A stretch of DNA of 64,000 nt from Lingula anatina (taxonomy: Eukaryota; Animalia; Brachiopoda), in the NCBI GenBank assembly GCA_051362555.1, contig CM120646.1:3224001-3288000 (forward strand), read 5' to 3'. Made by a program: the position numbers and the translations under genes. The notes under the pieces were generated by a model, which worked only from the letters and a program-made list of their open reading frames with translations, was not told the origin of the DNA and searched no databases. This document shows positions 51,277 through 61,728 of the stretch, in pieces (the stretch's first letter is position 1; every line of letters starts with the position of its first letter).

Positions 51277-54200
51277 CAAAAAAAAAAAAGAAATGAAAGA
51301 AATTTTTTTTTAAATTGTCAATTTTGCATGTATATCTAAACATTTCATCCTCTCCTGTACCAGGTATACCCTAAACTCGACATCACCAACGTAGTGGAGG
51401 CCAGCGACGAGGTGACCATTGACGGCTGGTGTAAGAAGGGACATAAGACATGCAAGCACCACAGCTCTCACAAAGTGCGGCCATTCAAGTGTCTGGGTAA
51501 GTTTCCTGTCAAAATTTTGCATTTCAGTTTTTGCGTGTGGATGCAGGCCTATTTCAGGTATGTTACCCGTAAACCTCACCCCCACCCCTCTGTGCAAATC
51601 CAGGCGTAATAAACAAAACTACTGTTTGTGACTCCGAATAGAGCATTAGTGACTTTGATTTCTGATTTAATGACTTTGCACTGTGATTTCTCATACTTCT
51701 GTGTGAGACATTTACATGCAGATGTGATCAGATGCGACATTGGCCGTGAACTCTGTTTGTGAACCGCAAAACTCTACCATACTGCTCTACTACATCAAAA
51801 ACCACTTACGGCCAATAAACTAGAAATTTACCCATTAAAACTGGCTGTCAGATTAACGAGGGGGTAATGGCTGATGTACTGTGGGCTTCTCTGGGGATGG
51901 CTCTGCTGTGTATGTTAAAATCAAATCATATGCTGAAATGAAAAGTGGCTCGATGGGTAGAATAATTGCCTATGAAGTAGGAAGTTGGCCCATAGGGAAT
52001 GAAGCTCATAGCTACAACAAATTAAGAAATTGTTCACATGTAAGATGATGTCACATGTGGGTTTTCGTATCACACCACTGCATTAAGTATTGAGCGAAAT
52101 TAATTAAATTATTGATGAAATAAAAAGATTTCTGGCTGTTTTAGTGCGTAATGGTACTAAATGTTCCAGTAATGTGTGATAATCCTCTGGCAAATTAAAT
52201 CATTGTTATCATAATAATATATACTTGGAATGGCACATGGGATGAAAGCCATGGTCTGGTATTCCGCACATTCTACATATACAGGATCTGCTAATAACCA
52301 GCTCCTCAGCATTGGTGAGATATTGACTCAGTGGCCGTGGAATAAACATGTTTTCATTGGAAGATAAAGGCACGGCGTGATGTCATATGGCAGCTAAAAT
52401 AGAACGACACAGTAATGAGGAGATAATCGATGTAGCAAGATGGCATTTAAGAATTTTCCTGTGGTTTTTGAACATTTTTGCCCCAAGGTTATGATATTAT
52501 GGCATAAACAGCCTTCTGTGTCTTATAAATAATGTTAATTTGTAAGTACAATATTGACTATATTTCATATGGTTTCCAAAGGAATAAAGGGAAATAACAA
52601 CCATCCCACTACTGAAAATTGACAGCATCTTCCTACGTGTGTTGGAACAGTATTTTTATAAACAAATAAATTTTCTGAGTTGTCTAATGACAATTTCATT
52701 CCAAACTAGAAAATCACTCGAAGTGCAGACCTCTGCCAAGACAAATAATTAACACATAATTAACCATTAATTAATTAATTAAACAGAGGCAAAATCTTCG
52801 GTGGAAGTGGTAATTATTGGTTAGATCAGTAAAAATACCACTTACACCTTATCCAAAATAGTTTAGACAACACTTTTCTTTAAAGAATTAGGACTTGTAA
52901 CTGGATGCTTAGGACCTCTCTGATCTGACCCCCCTCCCCCATATCTCGGATTCCTGTAAACTCTTCAGATTTGATGTTTTTACAATCAATACTTCTTAGA
53001 AAATCAATCACCTGCTTCTGAAGTTCAGGAAAGGTATCTCCCCAGCAATCGTAGATCGGACAATACTTTCCTTGCTGGAAGTCGAGTGGTAAGTGGAAAC
53101 AAAGGACCCCTCTGATCTGACCCCAATATCTCCAAATCTTGTAAACTCTTCAGATTTGATGCTTTTCCAATAAATATTCCTTGGAAAATTGATCACCTGG
53201 CCGGGAAGTACAGGAAAGTTACCCCCCAAGAAATAGTTTCCTAGAAGATAAGATAACTTGTTTGGAGCGGTGGACATATTCCATGAATATTAGTCCCAGA
53301 TTTGTCACAAAAGAATCAGCAATTCAATATTTTTGAGATTGATAAGATGTGGAGAGATGCTTTTCCAAGAAACGGTGGAAATGGGAGAGTTTTCCCTTGT
53401 TAGTTCTTTTGAAATAGTTCTGGTGCTTCCTGACATGAATGTGAAGTAGCGCTTCAGGAGTTGAGTAGAATGTCAGTGAATTTTAACAAACACTGTAACA
53501 AAGTAAAAATCAGAGGTTGCTAGTGTATTATTCCAGAAGGTGGAATACATGGTTTTCAAGTGTTGGCACTGCTGAAAAAAAAAAAAAAAAAAAAAAAACC
53601 TGCGCAGTTTAAATTGATATTTAGCATCTTTCATTTGAAATATGCCATGATGAAGGTAATCTAATAAACGGGTGTCTTCATATACAAAGAAAAAGAAAAA
53701 AGTGAAATAACAAATACTAAAAATGTTTTATTTATGTAAAGTCAAATTGTTGTTGATATAAGTTTGAATAATATTTCACAAAATCTTCATCAGCAAAGGA
53801 ACGAAGAGCCCATGATGAGTGTAAAGGTAAAAGACAGTAACCATTTACGATATAAACAGTAAATTACCTGACAGAACGAGAAAGTTCTTCAGGAAGGTCC
53901 ACAAGTTCTTGCCTTGTGGACTTGTCCACTTAAAATCTACACCTGACGTGGACTGGTAATTGGGCTGTCCTGTCATTATCATGTGATCACTAAGTGTGAA
54001 CTCCCATGACGTACCTGGAGGGGGGGACTCTCACTGAGTGCTGTCAGATTAACTGAATGACACGCCTCCTAAAGCAGGTAGGGGTGATACACTTTGTTGT
54101 GTGCTCAGCTTCTGGAAGCTCACACACACAAAAGTTGCTTGAGGAGACATCATTCAGTTAATCGGATTGCATTCAGCGCGAGTCCAAGCAGAGTTGGATC

Positions 54201-57200
54201 GGTCTACCTAGTGTGATAATTTCATTGTGACTGCGCCCTAATTATCCCAACCCTGTCACCCGCCCGCTGGCATACATTGTCTATTCATTATACATTCAGC
54301 AGAACCATCAGCCTGATAGTTAAGCTGTAACATGATGACAGTGTAACTGGTCTGGTATTGTAATGGTAATGGTAGATGGATGGGTTGATGAGGCAGCGGG
54401 GAGCCGTTTGCATGACAATGATCTTGTGCTGCTCTGAAACGGTCATGACTTGGTGGTGATGCCCATTTGGTAAAGGGAAAAAAAATCACAACCGTGATCT
54501 TGTGCCACTCTGTGTACCAGTTATGAGTACCAGGGTGTCATGTTCCGCTTGGAAAAAATGAAAAAAAATGTTGTTATAACGGGCAGTTCTCAGCAGACTG
54601 TTCACTGTACACTATATAATCAGTCAGTCTGGGATCCAGAAGGGGGAGCTGTCTAATGACAAGCCTTTAGTTGGATGACTAAGTTGCCTCTATGGACATA
54701 TTATAGGGTCTTTTGTGTGATAGCCTGCAGCTGAGTACTGGGGATTAGTTATACACAGATGGGGCCCTCTCCCTCCCCCCCCCCCCCCAGCTGCCCCTCC
54801 TGTTCCCATTCCTCCCACGGTTAAAATATCAGGTGGTTGCCAAATGCTACATATAAGAAATGAAATGAGTCTAAGAAAATGAGATCAAGAAGCCTGCATT
54901 GTGATTTTGACCATTTCTCTATGATTTCGCTGAAAATAAGGAGAAAAAGTAAATAGAATTTTCAAATTGGCTGAATCGGCTTAGATCAAAGTAATTCACA
55001 CATCCTGTATTGCCGTGTGGGGATGACATACTCGGCTTACTAAGACTCTAGCTAAATCGATAAAAAGCAGAGAATTGCACATTAAAATGTCAGAACTTGA
55101 TGCGGTTAATAGACCATGGTTTCAGTAGGAAGCCTACTTTGTATTAACCCTCACCATATAAAATAGAGACAGATCAAGATATAATGGAATACAATACTGC
55201 ATGAATCACTCCCAGACTAGTACAATGAATAATTTACAGAGCAGACTAATAATATAAAAGCTTTTTTTTTTTTTGTCCTGTTAAGCTCTGATGGTTTGTG
55301 TTCCAACCACACTACTTTGGTGTAAAATAGATCAGAAATGCATCTCTCTCGTTGTATTGGAAAGTAAGGAGTTTGTCACACTAAGCTGTTTTAAGCAATA
55401 GGCCCCCTTAGATGGTGTAGTACATTGGGAACAAAGACCTAAAAAAAAAATTTAATTCCATAAAATGAAGCCATTTCGTAAACATGGCTTTGTAAAACAG
55501 GTCGTGACTCTTAATAAGATGAGCTCTTTTGTGATGTTGTTGTTGATTGGTGATTCAGACTCAATATTTGGATCTGTTTAGAATGGTCTCGACCAGGATG
55601 CAGGTACAAGTCTGCCCTTTGTCTCTTTTGAATCGATCTTGCATTAATGGGACTTGGATCCGTTTTCGATCTCTAAAAAGCCTTGTCTAAATGCGTCTCC
55701 AGGGTGCTCTGTTCTGCAACAGTATTGGCTGTTGACAGGTGCTACATAAGTCTTCTGTATAATATCAGTCTGTGTTTTATAATGATGAAATTGTTTCTGT
55801 GGCAGGGATATGTGTCTTTTTTTCCTGTGGCAGTCCATCAATTGATAGTTACTGGTTTTAACAATGATTAACAAACTGCACTTTTGAGTCTTATTGTCTG
55901 CTTATTTGCCAGCGTTTCTGATGTATGAAAGTTTTCCATGTCCAATTTGGAAAATTGATGAAAGAGTGTTCCACATTCTGCATAGGAAATAATATTACAT
56001 TACATATTATCAAATAGAATGTGTAATTGATATCTAAAAAAATACTAATATATAATGATTTATGACATGTTTAGAACATTTTGCTTTATGCATCTTGTCA
56101 ATATTTAATCCTTAAATATGATATGAAGTCATAAATATGTATTGCACATTGGCAGAAACTCGATGCATATTACATTTTATGTTGTTTCCAATGCATGAAT
56201 ACATAAGTAATGCATATATTGCTAATAGTACATTACCCCCCCCTCTCCCCCTCCAATTGTTCAAGCTTTCCTGACTTCAGCCTGTCATAATTAGGGATAA
56301 AACCAACTTACAAAAGCACATTTGCTGACATCAGAATTCTTTTTGTTAAAAAGGAGGAAAGAAACCGGACTGAGTCATCATTTAATCGACGAAATCAGTA
56401 TTTGTGAATTCTGAATTGGCAATAAATTTGCTTGTAAGTTTTGCCCTAATTATACCACAGTATTTACCTATACACACAAAGGTCGCATTCCCATTCGAGC
56501 TGTGACCACCATCTTCAGTCTGTGCTGTTGAGGCAGGTAGTGTGATTAGGATGTCTAACCATATGAAGCTACTGTTGTGGTAAAGAAGATGGTTAGTAAC
56601 CTCAATCCCACTGTCTTTTCTGATAGCATGGACTAAGTTGAGCTGTCACATCTTGACTGGAAATCCGACTGAACTGCCTGCCACCTTCATATAAACCAGC
56701 ATGTTCATATCATTTCCTTGTAGTCGGCAAGTTCGTGAGCGACGCCCTGCTTGTTCCCGAGCACTGCGTGTTTCAGCACATTCGCGTGAAGGAAAAGTGT
56801 CTGACCTTCAACGACTGGACCTATGAGGCAAACAGCTGGTGCGAGGAGAAGGGCATGCAGCGCCAGAGTTCCGCCATGTTGTTGCCGTGTGGCATCGATG
56901 TGTTTACTGGAGTGGAGTTTGTGTGCTGTCCTAAAGATAATAAAGGTATGCTCCCTACTAAAAAGAAATTAAGGAAAAATGAATGCTCCCTTGCATTATT
57001 CTAACGTGATGAATTGTATGCTACCTTGCCATCAAGAATGAAAGCTTAACACCTCTTGTACAATAAAAAGCATGTTCTTTCCATTGCAATATATCTGTCT
57101 GTGTAAAAACTGCTTCCAACATTCTAGAATAGATCTTATAAAATTCATGTACTGCTTTGTATGGATTTGTTTACTGTGAGTTGCCTCTGACCATTGTTAA

Positions 57201-60200
57201 GATAGCACTGTTAGATTGATGAGTATCATAAGTGGTATTCAGACGTGTTGAAAAGGAGGGTTGTTCGGGCCAATACTGGTGCAATTTAAAAAAAATATAT
57301 ATATATACATTTATTTGTTAACCTCTGTATGGTGAATGTATAAGTGCCATCAAAGAAGATAAGTACTTTTGATTTTCTCTCCAAACTGCTATGTTATATG
57401 TATGTATGTACCACCCTGTCTAAAAATTACAGGCAACTGATATATGCTTTGCACTATCATTTAGATAGCTAGCCACATGTGCTTATGAAAAATTGTACAA
57501 AACCATATGGCTTCATCTAATTTAAAAGCAGATCCAAGGTTAGTTTTCCCACAAAATTGATCTAGTGTATTTCCCAAAGGTGTCTTGATAGGCATCCACC
57601 AGGGAGGATTTTGGTTCATCTGACAAAGTATGTTGAGTGATTAACAAAAATTGATAAATCTTTGGAGGAGAAAATGATAAACTGAAATAAGTGAGATGTA
57701 TAAAATTTTATAAGCAATTTTTCTCGGTAGTTGGCCCCAGGTGTGACAGAAGCAGCAGTCTGTGCAGACAGTCATTGACAGGGTTCTTTTTAAAGTGCAA
57801 AATGATCTATAGCTTCCATCTCTAAGTACATGCAAAGACAGTTGATGTATGTTATTTTCAGACCGTTAGCAGCCTCTAGTGTACTTTGATATGTGCTGAA
57901 TGGTTACATTGCATGTTTAGGTATAATCAGGGTGGGGTGTGTGGTCTAGTGAGAATGCCGAGCTCTGTTGAGTGTGTTAGGTGTGACAGGTTGAGAAGGG
58001 ATTGTGCCAGTGGTGTGGCTGGATAAAAGGAAACGTAACAGGAACCTGGAAGGAGGAAGAGGGTAATAGGGCGTGTATAAGTGTAAACAAAGCAAAATTA
58101 TGTTGTTTTTAAGTTACTAACTAGTTTGATTGTGACAGAACAATTTATTCTTTTAGATTGCTGTTGAGGTTGAAGCATTGATTCTGTTCGAAAGTGAAAA
58201 CGGAATTGCATTTCGTGATTATTTAGCAGAAGCTTAAAGCTTAAGTTCAGTTTAATGAGTTTTTGGTTTCATATTGTCAGTATTACAGTGGGTAGCAAAA
58301 GACCTGTGCCAGGGTAAGTATGATGAAAATGAAGAAAAGAAATTAAATCGGGTAAATAAAATGGCAACCTACATATAAAATAAAGGGGAAAAATCGAATA
58401 TCTTCTTGCTTAGCAACATATTTTCTTAAAGCTTAAGTTCAGTTTAATGAGTTTTTGGTTTCATATTGTCAGTATTACAGTGGGTAGCAAAAGACCTGTG
58501 CCAGGGTAAGTATGATGAAAATGAAGAAAAGAAATTAAATCGGGTAAATAAAATGGCAACCTACATATAAAATAAAGGGGAAAAATCGAATATCTTCTTG
58601 CTTAGCAACATATTTTGAATTGTTTCTTTACAGAGGTGGTAACACACAAGGCAGCAGTGCCCGCAGAGAAAGAGATCCCAATCACCGCCGAGCCAACAAA
58701 ACCTCCTCAGAAAGAAAAAGTCAAGGACAAAAAACCCAAGGACGACTATTTAGCCAAGTACCTCCACCAGGGACGTCTGGGCGAGTACTTTGATGAGCAT
58801 GAACACTTCAAACTGGCACAGAAGAAGATGAGGACTGTCCATCAAGACAAGATCACCGTGTTGATGAAAGAGTGGAACGCGGCGCGGGCGCGTGTTGTGG
58901 AACTTAGCGCCAAGGATCCCAAGGGAGCCGAGAAGATGAAGAAGGAAATAACAGAGGTTAGTGAAAGATTTAGTAGTAAAAATAATAATGATTGTGATGA
59001 TTATAATACAGTTCTAATTCTACACACTGATCTATAGTTGGAAGACAAACTGACTTGGGATAAAAGCATTAATCAGTGGCCCATCGATTTCTACAGGGAC
59101 CAATTATTTAAGTTACTATAATATAAGATTTGTTATATTTGGAAATCTCACAATATAGCACGAGAGAATGAATTAGTAGAACTGGTCATAAGGTATTAAA
59201 ATTTTACAAATGGAAAAAGTTCCGACTTACGTTTTCTTTCTCCACATTTTAGCGTTTTGAAAAGACATACCAGGCCCTTGAAAATGAGAACTTGGGAGAG
59301 AAACGTGAGCTAGAGGCTGTCCACGAGCAACATGTGCAGACAAACTTCAACACCAAGAAGCGCATGACAATTGACAAATACCTGAAGGCCCTGCAGAGGG
59401 ATATCCCAGATGTAAGTCCAAGGCTTGAGAAGTTTATACAGTTCTCATATCTGCTAATTATAACACTATTATTTTGAAATATATGATGCATGCACTCTTT
59501 TGAAAGTGCTAAGTTTATCCTAATTCTTATGCAGTCCTATGAATGTGACTTAGTTTTGTAAATGTGTAGAAAAAATCATGATGTTGACCTTCACCATTTT
59601 GTATAAATTTCTTATTTCATTATTAGTTGTCATGTCATGTATATTATATTATATTATATTATATTATATTATATTATATTATATTATATTATATTATATT
59701 ATATTATATTATATTATATTATATTATATTATATTATATTATTAGGGAGCAGAGATCTTGGAGGCTTTGGAACATTTCATCCGTGCGGAGGAGAAAGACC
59801 GCATGCACACAATGAGACACTACAAACACCTGCGCGAACGCGACCCAGAGGAGGCTAATCGTGTGCGTGACCACCTCAAGCAGCACCTGAGCCAGACAAA
59901 CCTCCGTGTTAACCAGAGCATTGCCATGCTGGATCGTGTGCCTGCCCTCGCCAGCAAGATAAAGGCCAGAATTGGTAAGATAACAGGCTTATAGCAGTGT
60001 ATCATTCTTCAGTGCAAATATAATTCACTGTGATTTTTCGGTCGGCGCAATTTTTTTCTAGTTTATGGGATATGCATTCTTTTTATTTTCAATTGGCCAT
60101 TTTTTTATACAACCTGATGTAGTGTTTGTATCATATAACTCATTTCACATCCACAATTATTTTCATGTTTCTGAGCTTTAACGTTTGTCATGTGTATCCA

Positions 60201-61728
60201 GATGATGGTTTGGGAAATTTTTTTTCGTCCGTATACTTTACCTTTTTGATCTGCATAAACTTTATACTTGTTTTCGTTACTGTTTCAATCCAAAAAGAGC
60301 AATGCCCTTGAAATTGTCAGCTATGAGACTGTAACAAATTTCATACTTCAGTTTACTCCTTGTTATAGTTAGAGTAATAAGATGTTGATAAATAATTTGC
60401 CAATGGGTTTATTTATTTATTTCCTTGAATTTTGGTTTCAGCTGACTTCATGAAAACATATGCCAGAATGGACAAGGCTTTGGACAAAATAATGGAGGAG
60501 CCAGTCCCGGCCAAGGTGGACCTGGTGGAAAAATACAAGGAGAAGTTTGCCAAAGGTAGGTGCAGCTAGGAATCTGGAAGGAGTTGGAGGGGGGGGGCTC
60601 TGATCAACAAAATTCCATATGAAATGGAAGTTTAACAGTGGGCTTTCATGAAAAGTCAGCTATGATGTCAGCGTATAAATAGATCAAGAGTTTTTAATTT
60701 TGTCATGTGTCAATCAATGGAAGGCCCATTCTGGCCAAGGGTTTCAATTTTAGGATGATGTTGAATGAGAGATTTGAATATTTCAGAATATGGATTGTCC
60801 TATTTTTACATTATATTAACACCTGCAAAATGTCTAAGAGGATGCTATGCGATACATTGAGATGCTGCTGCTCGCCTCCTGCGGGCACATGTAACACACT
60901 CAGAGCCTTATTCCTTACTCTGGATGTTGTATTTCTAATGAAATTTTAATTTTCTCTTGGTAGACCATTCTGTGCAGACAGACCAGCCTAAACTGACTGT
61001 GAAGACTGAGGTGGAAGAGCCAGCCCAGAAAAAGACGGCCAAGAAAACGAAGCCAGTGCACATTGAGGAGCACGTGGTGAAGTTTGACGACGAAGTGATG
61101 GAGAATGAGCACGCATATGGGAAGCAGAGCGCCCAGGTCATAGGACTGATGCAGGCTAACAAGGGGGTTGCTGCTGAAGTGGTAAGTTTGAACGGGAAAG
61201 AAATATTGTCCTGCAAATGTTTTGGAGGTCAGATCATGGAGGAGAGGGACCTGATACTGAAACTATATTTTGTAGATATGTTATCTATGGATGTAGTTTT
61301 CAAAATGTTTTTGAGATTTAGCTTAGAAAGAGATACTCGAGAACGGATAAAGAGGTTAAGATATTCTTGAGATTAAGATAGAGAAATGCTCAAGAATGGA
61401 TGTAGCACAAAAGTGTTCTAGTCTGTTGTATGTATACCATTCTAATAAGTTCTCTTCCGTTACTTTCCAGAATCAGCCTGTTGTGAGCAAAATGAAAAGC
61501 ACCAGCACATTCTCCTCTGTCGGTATTGCCATGGGCTGCATCGCCGTCTTGGTCATCATTTTGGTCGCCATTGCAGTAGGAAAGAAGAGAGCACAGCGCA
61601 CCCCAGTGAATCACGGCTTCGTAGAAATCGATCAGCAGACGCCAGAAGAGAGACATGTTGCTGCCATGCAGATGAATGGCTATGAGAACCCCACTTACAG
61701 ATATTTCGAACAGCCACAAAATTGCTAA
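36856..61728 (+). CDS. APP: Amyloid-beta precursor protein family member (APP/APPL/APL-1 orthologue), 10 coding exons
   Basis: Exons 36856-36930 (signal peptide [22 protein letters not shown]), 41396-41563, 51364-51496, 56724-56945, 58634-58956, 59253-59411, 59746-59974, 60442-60555, 60964-61181, 61471-61728. E1 domain ([54 protein letters not shown]), E2 domain ([32 protein letters not shown]), a TM helix, and a cytoplasmic tail HGFVEID...TPEERH...[15 protein letters not shown]. Confidence 0.97.
42542..42797. mobile_element. PIF/Harbinger-type fold-back MITE (almost entirely palindromic) in APP intron 2
   Basis: TTA|GGCTTCGTTCACATGCAAT ... ATTGCATGTGAACGAAGCC|TTA, giving a 3-bp TTA target-site duplication. 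Arms of ~120 bp pair almost to the centre. Confidence 0.9.
43202..45642. mobile_element. Harbinger-like non-autonomous element (outer element of a nested pair)
   Basis: TIR GCCCCATTCACAC ... GTGTGAATGGGGT, flanked by AAA and TAA (imperfect 3-bp TSD). Subterminal (A)ATCGCGA(TT) palindromes at ~43241, 43301, 45486, 45539, 45593 and 45609. Confidence 0.75.
43590..45339. mobile_element. TA-flanked TIR element (Tc1/mariner superfamily, non-autonomous) inserted inside the Harbinger-like element
   Basis: TA|CTCTGAAGTGCCGAATAA ... TTATTTGGCACTTCAGAG|TA. Subterminal AATAACAGTGCC/AATAACTGTGCC repeats, including a ~52-bp direct repeat at 43653-43747 and related motifs at 45223-45320. Confidence 0.85.
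52912..53200. repeat. Diverged direct repeat (~192-bp spacing), probably a transposon remnant
   Basis: GGACC.CTCTGATCTGACCCC...ATATCTC...TGTAAACTCTTCAGATTTGATG...ATCACCTG occurs at 52912 and 53104. Confidence 0.75.
58233..58616. repeat. Perfect 192-bp tandem duplication at the 3' end of APP intron 4
   Basis: 58233-58424 and 58425-58616 are identical by eye (CTTAAAGCTTAAG...GCAACATATTTT). Confidence 0.95.
59641..59740. repeat. (ATATT)20 pentanucleotide microsatellite directly upstream of an APP splice acceptor
   Basis: 100 bp of perfect ATATT units followed by ATTAG|GGAGCAGAG (exon starts 59746). Confidence 0.97.

Noticed and set aside
59627-59858. ORFs containing (YYIIL)n
   Set aside because: Translation of the ATATT microsatellite in an intron; the real exon starts at 59746.
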